DNA from: Eledone cirrhosa
Taxonomy: Eukaryota
NCBI GenBank assembly: GCA_964016885.1
Contig: OZ024741.1
Location: forward strand, 115,692,001 to 115,756,000
Length of the DNA: 64,000 nucleotides
Direction of reading: 5' to 3'
Below the pieces are notes generated by a model. The model did no database searches, was not told where the DNA came from, and saw only the letters and a program-made list of their open reading frames with translations. Made by a program: the position numbers and the translations under genes. This document shows positions 14,001 through 27,995 of the stretch, piece by piece. Numbering within the stretch: the stretch's first letter is position 1; every line of letters begins with the position of its first letter.

Positions 14001-17000
14001 TGTTCTTGAGGTGGGGGTTACATTTGTCATAGAATATAGATATAACTCTGATAGAAAGATGTTCTTGGGGTATGGGTTACATTTGTCATACAATATAGAT
14101 ATAACTCTGATAGAAAGTTGTTCTTGGGGTAGGGGTTACATTTGTCATAGAATATACATATAATTCTGACTGAAAGATGTTCTTGAGGTGGGGGTTACAT
14201 TTGTCATAGAACATAGATATAACTCTGAGTGAAAGATGTTCTTGAGGTGGGGGTTACATTTGTCATAGAATATAGATATAACTCTAATAGAAAGTTGTTC
14301 TTGGGGTAGGGGTTACATTTGTCATAGAATATACATATAATTCTGACTGAAAGATGTTCTTGAGGTGGGGGTTACAATTGTCATAGAATATAGATATAAC
14401 TCTGATCGAAAGATTTACTTGAGGTGGGGGTTACATTTGTCATAGAATATAGATATAACTCTGATTGAAAGATATACTTGAGGTGAGGGTTACATTTCTC
14501 ATGGAATATAGATATATCTCTGATTGAAATATGTTCTTGAGTAGGGGTTACATTTGTCATAGAATATAGACATAACCCTGATCGAAAGATGTTCTTGATG
14601 TGGGGGTTACATTTGTCATAGAATATAGGTATAACTCTTATTGAAATATTATCTTGAGGTAGGGGTAACATTTGTCATAGAATATAGATATAACTCTGAG
14701 TGAAAGATGTGCTTGAGGTAGGGGTTACATTTGTCATAGAATATAGATATAACTCTGATTGAAAGATGTTCTTGAGATGGGGGTTACATTTGTCATAGAA
14801 TATAGATATATCTCTGAATGAAATATGTACTTGAAGTAGGGGTTACATTTGTCATAGAATATAGATATAACCCTGATTGAAAGATTTTGCTGAGGTGGGG
14901 GTTACATTTGTCATAGAATATAGATATAACTCTGATTGAAAGATTTTGTTGAGGTGGGGGTTACATTTGTCATAGAATATAGATATAACTCTGATTGAAA
15001 GATTTTGTTGAGGTGGGGGTTACATTTGTCATAGAATATAGATATAACTCTGATTGAAAGATTTTGTTGAGGTGGGGGTTACATTTGTCATAGAATATAG
15101 ATATAACTCTGATAGAAAGATGATCTTGAGGTAGGGGTTACATTTGTCATAGAATATAGATATAACTCTGATAGAAAGATGTTCTTGAGGCGGGGGTTAC
15201 ATTTGTCATAGAATATAGAAATAACTCTGATTGAAAGATGTTCTTGAGGTGGTGGTTACATTTGTCATAGAATATAGATATAACTGTGATAGAAAGATGT
15301 TCTTGAGGTGGGGGTTACATTTGTCATAGAATATAGATATAACTCTGATTGAAAGATGTTCTTGAGGTGGAGGTTACATTTGTCATAGAATATAGATATA
15401 ACTCTAATTGAAAGATGTTCTTGAGTTGGGGGTTACATTTGTCATAGAATATAGATATAACTCTGATTGAAAGATGTTCTTGAGGTGGGGGTTACAATTG
15501 TCATAAAATATAGATATAACTCTGATTGAAAGATGTTCTTGAGGTGGGCGTTACATTTGTCATAGAATATAGAGATAACCCAGAATGAAAGATGTTCTTG
15601 AGGTGGGGGTTACATTTGTCATAGAATATAGATATAACTCTGATTGAAAGATGTTCTTGAGGTGGTAGTTACATTTGTCATAGAATATAGATATAACTCT
15701 GATTGAAAGATGTTCTTGAGGTGGGGGTTACATTTGTCATAGAATATACATATAATTCTGACTGAAAAATGTTCTTGAGGTGGGGGTTACATTTGTCATA
15801 GAATATAGATATAACTCTGATAGAAAGATGTTCTTGGGGTAGGGGTTATATTTGTCGTAGAATATACATATAATTCTGACTGAAAGATGTTCTTGAGGTG
15901 GGGGTTACATTTGTCATAGAATATAGTTATAACTCTGATAGAAAGATGTTCTTGGGGTAGGGGTTACATTTGTCATAGAATATACATATAATTCTGACTG
16001 AAAGATGTTCTTGAGGTGGGGATTACATTTGTCATAGAATATAGATATAACTCTGAGTGAAAGATGTTCTTGAGGTGGGGGTTACATTTGTCATAGAATA
16101 TAGATACAACTCTGATAGAAACATGTTCTTGGGGTAGGGGTTACATTTGTCATAGAATATACATATAATTCTGACTGAAAGATGTTCTTGAGGTGGTGGT
16201 TACATTTGTCATAGAACATAGATATAACTCTGACTGAAAGATGTTCTTGAGGTGGGGGTTATATTTGTCATAGAATATAGATATAACTCTGATAGAAAGA
16301 TGTTCTTGGGGTATGGGTTACATTTGTCATACAATATAGATATAACTCTGATAGAAAGTTGTTCTTGGGGTAGGGGTTACATTTGTCATAGAATATACAT
16401 ATAATTCTGACTGAAAGATGTTCTTGAGGTGGGGGTTACATTTGTCATAGAACATAGATATAACTCTGAGTGAAAGATGTTCTTGAGGTGGGGGTTACAT
16501 TTGTCATAGAATATAGATACAACTCTGATAGAAACATGTTCTTGGGGTAGGGGTTACATTTGTCATAGAATATACATATAATTCTGACTGAAAGATGTTC
16601 TTGAGGTGGTGGTTACATTTGTCATAGAACATAGATATAACTCTGACTGAAAGATGTTCTTGAGGTGGGGGTTACATTTGTCATAGAATATAGAGATAAC
16701 CCAGAATGAAAGATGTTCTTGAGGTGGGGGTTACATTTGTCATAGAATATAGATATAACTCTGATTGAAAGATGTTCTTGAGGTGGTAGTTACATTTGTC
16801 ATAGAATATAGATATAACTCTGATTGAAAGATGTTCTTGAGGTGGGGGTTACATTTGTCATAGAATATACATATAATTCTGACTGAAAAATGTTCTTGAG
16901 GTGGGGGTTACATTTGTCATAGAATATAGATATAACTCTGATAGAAAGATGTTCTTGGGGTAGGGGTTATATTTGTCGTAGAATATACATATAATTCTGA

Positions 17001-20000
17001 CTGAAAGATGTTCTTGAGGTGGGGGTTACATTTGTCATAGAATATAGTTATAACTCTGATAGAAAGATGTTCTTGGGGTAGGGGTTACATTTGTCATAGA
17101 ATATACATATAATTCTGACTGAAAGATGTTCTTGAGGTGGGGATTACATTTGTCATAGAATATAGATATAACTCTGAGTGAAAGATGTTCTTGAGGTGGG
17201 GGTTACATTTGTCATAGAATATAGATACAACTCTGATTGAAAGATGTTCTTGAGGTGGGGGTTACATTTGTCATAGAATATATATATAACTCTGATAGAA
17301 AGATGTTCTTGAGGTGGGGGTTACATTTGTCATAGAATATAGATATTACCCTGATTGAAAGATGTTCTGGAGGTGGGGTTACATTTGTCATAGAATATAG
17401 ATATAACTCAGACTAAAAGATTATCTTGAGGTAGGGGTTACATTTGTTATAGAATATAGATATAACCCTGATTGAAAGATGTTCTTGAGGTGGGGGTTAC
17501 ATTTGTCATAGAATATAGATATAACTCTGATAGAAAGATGTTCTTGAGGCGGGGGTTACATTTGTCATAGAATATAGAAATAACTCTGATTGAAAGATGT
17601 TCTTGAGGTGGTGGTTACATTTGTCATAGAATATAGATATAACTCTGATAGAAAGATGTTCTTGAGGTGGGGGTTACATTTGTCATAGAATATAGATATA
17701 ACTCTGATTGAAAGATGTTCTTGAGGTGGAGGTTACATTTGTCATAGAATATAGACATAACTCTAATTGAAAGATGTTCTTGAGTTGGGGGTTACATTTG
17801 TCATAGAATATAGATATAACTCTGATTGAAAGATGTTCTTGAGGTGGGGGTTACAATTGTCATAAAATATAGATATAACTCTGATTGAAAGATGTTCTTG
17901 AGGTGGGCGTTACATTTGTCATAGAATATAGAGATAACCCAGAATGAAAGATGTTCTTGAGGTGGGGGTTACATTTGTCATAGAATATAGATATAACTCT
18001 GATTGAAAGATGTTCTTGAGGTGGTAGTTACATTTGTCATAGAATATAGATATAACTCTGATTGAAAGATGTTCTTGAGGTGGGGGTTACATTTGTCATA
18101 GAATATACATATAATTCTGACTGAAAAATGTTCTTGAGGTGGGGGTTACATTTGTCATAGAATATAGATATAACTCTGATAGAAAGATGTTCTTGGGGTA
18201 GGGGTTATATTTGTCGTAGAATATACATATAATTCTGACTGAAAGATGTTCTTGAGGTGGGGGTTACATTTGTCATAGAATATAGTTATAACTCTGAGTG
18301 AAAGATGTTCTTGAGGGGGGGGGTTACATTTGTCATAGAATATAGATATAACTCTGATAGAAAGATGTTCTTGGGGTAGGGGTTACATTTGTCATAGAAT
18401 ATACATATAATTCTGACTGAAAGATGTTCTTGAGGTGGGGATTACATTTGTCATAGAATATAGATATAACTCTGAGTGAAAGATGTTCTTGAGGTGGGGG
18501 TTACATTTGTCATAGAATATAGATACAACTCTGATAGAAACATGTTCTTGGGGTAGGGGTTACATTTGTCATAGAATATACATATAATTCTGACTGAAAG
18601 ATGTTCTTGAGGTGGTGGTTACATTTGTCATAGAACATAGATATAACTCTGACTGAAAGATGTTCTTGAGGTGGGGGTTACATTTGTCATAGAATATAGA
18701 GATAACCCAGAATGAAAGATGTTCTTGAGGTGGGGGTTACATTTGTCATAGAATATAGATATAACTCTGATTGAAAGATGTTCTTGAGGTGGTAGTTACA
18801 TTTGTCATAGAATATAGATATAACTCTGATTGAAAGATGTTCTTGAGGTGGGGGTTACATTTGTCATAGAATATACATATAATTCTGACTGAAAAATGTT
18901 CTTGAGGTGGGGGTTACATTTGTCATAGAATATAGATATAACTCTGATAGAAAGATGTTCTTGGGGTAGGGGTTATATTTGTCGTAGAATATACATATAA
19001 TTCTGACTGAAAGATGTTCTTGAGGTGGGGGTTACATTTGTCATAGAATATAGTTATAACTCTGATAGAAAGATGTTCTTGGGGTAGGGGTTACATTTGT
19101 CATAGAATATACATATAATTCTGACTGAAAGATGTTCTTGAGGTGGGGATTACATTTGTCATAGAATATAGATATAACTCTGAGTGAAAGATGTTCTTGA
19201 GGTGGGGGTTACATTTGTCATAGAATATAGATACAACTCTGATAGAAACATGTTCTTGGGGTAGGGGTTACATTTGTCATAGAATATACATATAATTCTG
19301 ACTGAAAGATGTTCTTGAGGTGGTGGTTACATTTGTCATAGAACATAGATATAACTCTGACTGAAAGATGTTCTTGAGGTGGGGGTTACATTTGTCATAG
19401 AATATAGATATAACTCTGATAGAAAGATGTTCTTGGGGTATGGGTTACATTTGTCATACAATATAGATATAACTCTGATAGAAAGTTGTTCTTGGGGTAG
19501 GGGTTACATTTGTCATAGAATATACATATAATTCTGACTGAAAGATGTTCTTGAGGTGGGGGTTACATTTGTCATAGAACATAGATATAACTCTGAGTGA
19601 AAGATGTTCTTGAGGTGGGGGTTACATTTGTCATAGAATATAGATATAACTCTAATAGAAAGTTGTTCTTGGGGTAGGGGTTACATTTGTCATAGAATAT
19701 ACATATAATTCTGACTGAAAGATGTTCTTGAGGTGGGGGTTACAATTGTCATAGAATATAGATATAACTCTGATCGAAAGATTTACTTGAGGTGGGGGTT
19801 ACATTTGTCATAGAATATAGATATAACTCTGATTGAAAGATATACTTGAGGTGAGGGTTACATTTCTCATGGAATATAGATATATCTCTGATTGAAATAT
19901 GTTCTTGAGTAGGGGTTACATTTGTCATAGAATATAGACATAACCCTGATCGAAAGATGTTCTTGATGTGGGGGTTACATTTGTCATAGAATATAGGTAT

Positions 20001-21887
20001 AACTCTTATTGAAATATTATCTTGAGGTAGGGGTAACATTTGTCATAGAATATAGATATAACTCTGAGTGAAAGATGTGCTTGAGGTAGGGGTTACATTT
20101 GTCATAGAATATAGATATAACTCTGATTGAAAGATGTTCTTGAGATGGGGGTTACATTTGTCATAGAATATAGATATATCTCTGAATGAAATATGTACTT
20201 GAAGTAGGGGTTACATTTGTCATAGAATATAGATATAACCCTGATTGAAAGATTTTGCTGAGGTGGGGGTTACATTTGTCATAGAATATAGATATAACTC
20301 TGATTGAAAGATTTTGTTGAGGTGGGGGTTACATTTGTCATAGAATATAGATATAACTCTGATTGAAAGATTTTGTTGAGGTGGGGGTTACATTTGTCAT
20401 AGAATATAGATATAACTCTGATTGAAAGATTTTGTTGAGGTGGGGGTTACATTTGTCATAGAATATAGATATAACTCTGATAGAAAGATGATCTTGAGGT
20501 AGGGGTTACATTTGTCATAGAATATAGATATAACTCTGATAGAAAGATGTTCTTGAGGCGGGGGTTACATTTGTCATAGAATATAGAAATAACTCTGATT
20601 GAAAGATGTTCTTGAGGTGGTGGTTACATTTGTCATAGAATATAGATATAACTGTGATAGAAAGATGTTCTTGAGGTGGGGGTTACATTTGTCATAGAAT
20701 ATAGATATAACTCTGATTGAAAGATGTTCTTGAGGTGGAGGTTACATTTGTCATAGAATATAGATATAACTCTAATTGAAAGATGTTCTTGAGTTGGGGG
20801 TTACATTTGTCATAGAATATAGATATAACTCTGATTGAAAGATGTTCTTGAGGTGGGGGTTACAATTGTCATAAAATATAGATATAACTCTGATTGAAAG
20901 ATGTTCTTGAGGTGGGCGTTACATTTGTCATAGAATATAGAGATAACCCAGAATGAAAGATGTTCTTGAGGTGGGGGTTACATTTGTCATAGAATATAGA
21001 TATAACTCTGATTGAAAGATGTTCTTGAGGTGGTAGTTACATTTGTCATAGAATATAGATATAACTCTGATTGAAAGATGTTCTTGAGGTGGGGGTTACA
21101 TTTGTCATAGAATATACATATAATTCTGACTGAAAAATGTTCTTGAGGTGGGGGTTACATTTGTCATAGAATATAGATATAACTCTGATAGAAAGATGTT
21201 CTTGGGGTAGGGGTTATATTTGTCGTAGAATATACATATAATTCTGACTGAAAGATGTTCTTGAGGTGGGGGTTACATTTGTCATAGAATATAGTTATAA
21301 CTCTGATAGAAAGATGTTCTTGGGGTAGGGGTTACATTTGTCATAGAATATACATATAATTCTGACTGAAAGATGTTCTTGAGGTGGGGATTACATTTGT
21401 CATAGAATATAGATATAACTCTGAGTGAAAGATGTTCTTGAGGTGGGGGTTACATTTGTCATAGAATATAGATACAACTCTGATAGAAACATGTTCTTGG
21501 GGTAGGGGTTACATTTGTCATAGAATATACATATAATTCTGACTGAAAGATGTTCTTGAGGTGGTGGTTACATTTGTCATAGAACATAGATATAACTCTG
21601 ACTGAAAGATGTTCTTGAGGTGGGGGTTATATTTGTCATAGAATATAGATATAACTCTGATAGAAAGATGTTCTTGGGGTATGGGTTACATTTGTCATAC
21701 AATATAGATATAACTCTGATAGAAAGTTGTTCTTGGGGTAGGGGTTACATTTGTCATAGAATATACATATAATTCTGACTGAAAGATGTTCTTGAGGTGG
21801 GGGTTACATTTGTCATAGAACATAGATATAACTCTGAGTGAAAGATGTTCTTGAGGTGGGGGTTACATTTGTCATAGAATATAGATA
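11086..21887. repeat. Near-perfect tandem duplication, period 5,368 bp (91 monomers minus 1 bp)
   Basis: Rare variants pair at +5,368: GACATAACTCTAA (12386/17754), G9 tract (12947/18315), ACTGTGAT (15283/20651) and GTTATATTTGTCAT (16261/21629). Identical ORF translations occur at 14381 and 19749. Confidence 0.93.
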
Positions 21888-23545
21888 TAACTCTAATAGA
21901 AAGTTGTTCTTGGGGTAGGGGTTACATTTGTCATAGAATATACATATAATTCTGACTGAAAGATGTTCTTGAGGTGGGGGTTACAATTGTCATAGAATAT
22001 AGATATAACTCTGATCGAAAGATTTACTTGAGGTGGGGGTTACATTTGTCATAGAATATAGATATAACTCTGATTGAAAGATATACTTGAGGTGAGGGTT
22101 ACATTTCTCATGGAATATAGATATATCTCTGATTGAAATATGTTCTTGAGTAGGGGTTACATTTGTCATAGAATATAGACATAACCCTGATCGAAAAATG
22201 TTCTTGATGTGGGGGTTACATTTGTCATAGAATATAGGTATAACTCTTATTGAAATATTATCTTGAGGTAGGGGTAACATTTGTCATAGAATATAGATAT
22301 AACTCTGAGTGAAAGATGTGCTTGAGGTAGGGGTTACATTTGTCATAGAATATAGATATAACTCTGATTGAAAGATGTTCTTGAGATGGGGGTTACATTT
22401 GTCATAGAATATAGATATATCTCTGAATGAAATATGTACTTGAAGTAGGGGTTACATTTGTCATAGAATATAGATATAACCCTGATTGAAAGATTTTGCT
22501 GAGGTGGGGGTTACATTTGTCATAGAATATAGATATAACTCTGATTGAAAGATTTTGTTGAGGTGGGGGTTACATTTGTCATAGAATATAGATATAACTC
22601 TGATTGAAAGATTTTGTTGAGGTGGGGGTTACATTTGTCATAGAATATAGATATAACTCTGATTGAAAGATTTTGTTGAGGTGGGGGTTACATTTGTCAT
22701 AGAATATAGATATAACTCTGATAGAAAGATGATCTTGAGGTAGGGGTTACATTTGTCATAGAATATAGATATAACTCTGATAGAAAGATGTTCTTGAGGC
22801 GGGGGTTACATTTGTCATAGAATATAGAAATAACTCTGATTGAAAGATGTTCTTGAGGTGGTGGTTACATTTGTCATAGAATATAGATATAACTCTGATA
22901 GAAAGATGTTCTTGAGGTGGGGGTTACATTTGTCATAGAATATAGATATAACTCTGATTGAAAGATGTTCTTGAGGTGGAGGTTACATTTGTCATAGAAT
23001 ATAGATATAACTCTAATTGAAAGATGTTCTTGAGTTGGGGGTTACATTTGTCATAGAATATAGATATAACTCTGATTGAAAGATGTTCTTGAGGTGGGGG
23101 TTACAATTGTCATAAAATATAGATATAACTCTGATTGAAAGATGTTCTTGAGGTGGGCGTTACATTTGTCATAGAATATAGAGATAACCCAGAATGAAAG
23201 ATGTTCTTGAGGTGGGGGTTACATTTGTCATAGAATATAGATATAACTCTGATTGAAAGATGTTCTTGAGGTGGTAGTTACATTTGTCATAGAATATAGA
23301 TATAACTCTGATTGAAAGATGTTCTTGAGGTGGGGGTTACATTTGTCATAGAATATACATATAATTCTGACTGAAAAATGTTCTTGAGGTGGGGGTTACA
23401 TTTGTCATAGAATATAGATATAACTCTGATAGAAAGATGTTCTTGGGGTAGGGGTTATATTTGTCGTAGAATATACATATAATTCTGACTGAAAGATGTT
23501 CTTGAGGTGGGGGTTACATTTGTCATAGAATATAGTTATAACTCT
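19300..23545. repeat. Higher-order duplication, period 2,241 bp (38 monomers minus 1 bp); boundaries approximate
   Basis: Identical ORF translations occur at 19749 and 21990. The same ordered variant series is repeated, including GTATGGG/CATACAAT, GAAATATGTTCTTGAGT and TTTTGCTGAGG. Confidence 0.8.
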
Positions 23546-23589
23546 GAGTGAAAGATGTTCTTGAGGGGGGGGGGGGTTACATTTGTCAT

Positions 23590-26500
23590 TGAATATAGAT
23601 ATAACTCTGATAGAAAGATGTTCTTGGGGTAGGGGTTACATTTGTCATAGAATATACATATAATTCTGACTGAAAGATGTTCTTGAGGTGGGGATTACAT
23701 TTGTCATAGAATATAGATATAACTCTGAGTGAAAGATGTTCTTGAGGTGGGGGTTACATTTGTCATAGAATATAGATACAACTCTGATAGAAACATGTTC
23801 TTGGGGTAGGGGTTACATTTGTCATAGAATATACATATAATTCTGACTGAAAGATGTTCTTGAGGTGGTGGTTACATTTGTCATAGAACATAGATATAAC
23901 TCTGACTGAAAGATGTTCTTGAGGTGGGGGTTACATTTGTCATAGAATATAGAGATAACCCAGAATGAAAGATGTTCTTGAAGTGGGGGTTACATTTGTC
24001 ATAGAATATAGATATAACTCTGATTGAAAGATGTTCTTGAGGTGGTAGTTACATTTGTCATAGAATATAGATATAACTCTGATTGAAAGATGTTCTTGAG
24101 GTGGGGGTTACATTTGTCATAGAATATACATATAATTCTGACTGAAAAATGTTCTTGAGGTGGGGGTTACATTTGTCATAGAATATAGATATAACTCTGA
24201 TAGAAAGATGTTCTTGGGGTAGGGGTTATATTTGTCGTAGAATATACATATAATTCTGACTGAAAGATGTTCTTGAGGTGGGGGTTACATTTGTCATAGA
24301 ATATAGTTATAACTCTGATAGAAAGATGTTCTTGGGGTAGGGGTTACATTTGTCATAGAATATACATATAATTCTGACTGAAAGATGTTCTTGAGGTGGG
24401 GATTACATTTGTCATAGAATATAGATATAACTCTGAGTGAAAGATGTTCTTGAGGTGGGGGTTACATTTGTCATAGAATATAGATACAACTCTGATTGAA
24501 AGATGTTCTTGAGGTGGGGGTTACATTTGTCATAGAATATATATATAACTCTGATAGAAAGATGTTCTTGAGGTGGGGGTTACATTTGTCATAGAATATA
24601 GATATTACCCTGATTGAAAGATGTTCTGGAGGTGGGGTTACATTTGTCATAGAATATAGATATAACTCAGACTAAAAGATTATCTTGAGGTAGGGGTTAC
24701 ATTTGTTATAGAATATAGATATAACCCTGATTGAAAGATGTTCTTGAGGTGGGGGTTACATTTGTCATAGAATATAGATATAACTCTGATAGAAAGATGT
24801 TCTTGAGGCGGGGGTTACATTTGTCATAGAATATAGAAATAACTCTGATTGAAAGATGTTCTTGAGGTGGTGGTTACATTTGTCATAGAATATAGATATA
24901 ACTCTGATAGAAAGATGTTCTTGAGGTGGGGGTTACATTTGTCATAGAATATAGATATAACTCTGATTGAAAGATGTTCTTGAGGTGGAGGTTACATTTG
25001 TCATAGAATATAGATATAACTCTAATTGAAAGATGTTCTTGAGTTGGGGGTTACATTTGTCATAGAATATAGATATAACTCTGATTGAAAGATGTTCTTG
25101 AGGTGGGGGTTACAATTGTCATAAAATATAGATATAACTCTGATTGAAAGATGTTCTTGAGGTGGGCGTTACATTTGTCATAGAATATAGAGATAACCCA
25201 GAATGAAAGATGTTCTTGAGGTGGGGGTTACATTTGTCATAGAATATAGATATAACTCTGATTGAAAGATGTTCTTGAGGTGGTAGTTACATTTGTCATA
25301 GAATATAGATATAACTCTGATTGAAAGATGTTCTTGAGGTGGGGGTTACATTTGTCATAGAATATACATATAATTCTGACTGAAAAATGTTCTTGAGGTG
25401 GGGGTTACATTTGTCATAGAATATAGATATAACTCTGATAGAAAGATGTTCTTGGGGTAGGGGTTATATTTGTCGTAGAATATACATATAATTCTGACTG
25501 AAAGATGTTCTTGAGGTGGGGGTTACATTTGTCATAGAATATAGTTATAACTCTGAGTGAAAGATGTTCTTGAGGGGGGGGGGTTACATTTGTCATAGAA
25601 TATAGATATAACTCTGATAGAAAGATGTTCTTGGGGTAGGGGTTACATTTGTCATAGAATATACATATAATTCTGACTGAAAGATGTTCTTGAGGTGGGG
25701 ATTACATTTGTCATAGAATATAGATATAACTCTGAGTGAAAGATGTTCTTGAGGTGGGGGTTACATTTGTCATAGAATATAGATACAACTCTGATAGAAA
25801 CATGTTCTTGGGGTAGGGGTTACATTTGTCATAGAATATACATATAATTCTGACTGAAAGATGTTCTTGAGGTGGTGGTTACATTTGTCATAGAACATAG
25901 ATATAACTCTGACTGAAAGATGTTCTTGAGGTGGGGGTTACATTTGTCATAGAATATAGAGATAACCCAGAATGAAAGATGTTCTTGAAGTGGGGGTTAC
26001 ATTTGTCATAGAATATAGATATAACTCTGATTGAAAGATGTTCTTGAGGTGGTAGTTACATTTGTCATAGAATATAGATATAACTCTGATTGAAAGATGT
26101 TCTTGAGGTGGGGGTTACATTTGTCATAGAATATACATATAATTCTGACTGAAAAATGTTCTTGAGGTGGGGGTTACATTTGTCATAGAATATAGATATA
26201 ACTCTGATAGAAAGATGTTCTTGGGGTAGGGGTTATATTTGTCGTAGAATATACATATAATTCTGACTGAAAGATGTTCTTGAGGTGGGGGTTACATTTG
26301 TCATAGAATATAGTTATAACTCTGATAGAAAGATGTTCTTGGGGTAGGGGTTACATTTGTCATAGAATATACATATAATTCTGACTGAAAGATGTTCTTG
26401 AGGTGGGGATTACATTTGTCATAGAATATAGATATAACTCTGAGTGAAAGATGTTCTTGAGGTGGGGGTTACATTTGTCATAGAATATAGATACAACTCT

Positions 26501-27995
26501 GATTGAAAGATGTTCTTGAGGTGGGGGTTACATTTGTCATAGAATATATATATAACTCTGATAGAAAGATGTTCTTGAGGTGGGGGTTACATTTGTCATA
26601 GAATATAGATATTACCCTGATTGAAAGATGTTCTGGAGGTGGGGTTACATTTGTCATAGAATATAGATATAACTCAGACTAAAAGATTATCTTGAGGTAG
26701 GGGTTACATTTGTTATAGAATATAGATATAACCCTGATTGAAAGATGTTCTTGAGGTGGGGGTTACATTTGTCATAGAATATAGATATAACTCTGATAGA
26801 AAGATGTTCTTGAGGCGGGGGTTACATTTGTCATAGAATATAGAAATAACTCTGATTGAAAGATGTTCTTGAGGTGGTGGTTACATTTGTCATAGAATAT
26901 AGATATAACTCTGATAGAAAGATGTTCTTGAGGTGGGGGTTACATTTGTCATAGAATATAGATATAACTCTGATTGAAAGATGTTCTTGAGGTGGAGGTT
27001 ACATTTGTCATAGAATATAGATATAACTCTAATTGAAAGATGTTCTTGAGTTGGGGGTTACATTTGTCATAGAATATAGATATAACTCTGATTGAAAGAT
27101 GTTCTTGAGGTGGGGGTTACAATTGTCATAAAATATAGATATAACTCTGATTGAAAGATGTTCTTGAGGTGGGCGTTACATTTGTCATAGAATATAGAGA
27201 TAACCCAGAATGAAAGATGTTCTTGAGGTGGGGGTTACATTTGTCATAGAATATAGATATAACTCTGATTGAAAGATGTTCTTGAGGTGGTAGTTACATT
27301 TGTCATAGAATATAGATATAACTCTGATTGAAAGATGTTCTTGAGGTGGGGGTTACATTTGTCATAGAATATACATATAATTCTGACTGAAAAATGTTCT
27401 TGAGGTGGGGGTTACATTTGTCATAGAATATAGATATAACTCTGATAGAAAGATGTTCTTGGGGTAGGGGTTATATTTGTCGTAGAATATACATATAATT
27501 CTGACTGAAAGATGTTCTTGAGGTGGGGGTTACATTTGTCATAGAATATAGTTATAACTCTGAGTGAAAGATGTTCTTGAGGGGGGGGGGTTACATTTGT
27601 CATAGAATATAGATATAACTCTGATAGAAAGATGTTCTTGGGGTAGGGGTTACATTTGTCATAGAATATACATATAATTCTGACTGAAAGATGTTCTTGA
27701 GGTGGGGATTACATTTGTCATAGAATATAGATATAACTCTGAGTGAAAGATGTTCTTGAGGTGGGGGTTACATTTGTCATAGAATATAGATACAACTCTG
27801 ATAGAAACATGTTCTTGGGGTAGGGGTTACATTTGTCATAGAATATACATATAATTCTGACTGAAAGATGTTCTTGAGGTGGTGGTTACATTTGTCATAG
27901 AACATAGATATAACTCTGACTGAAAGATGTTCTTGAGGTGGGGGTTACATTTGTCATAGAATATAGAGATAACCCAGAATGAAAGATGTTCTTGA
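23590..27995. repeat. Tandem duplication, period 2,007 bp (34 monomers plus 1 bp)
   Basis: The variant CTTGAAGTGGGGG occurs at 23981 and 25988, G10 tracts at 25574 and 27581, and identical ORFs at 25414 and 27421. Confidence 0.9.
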
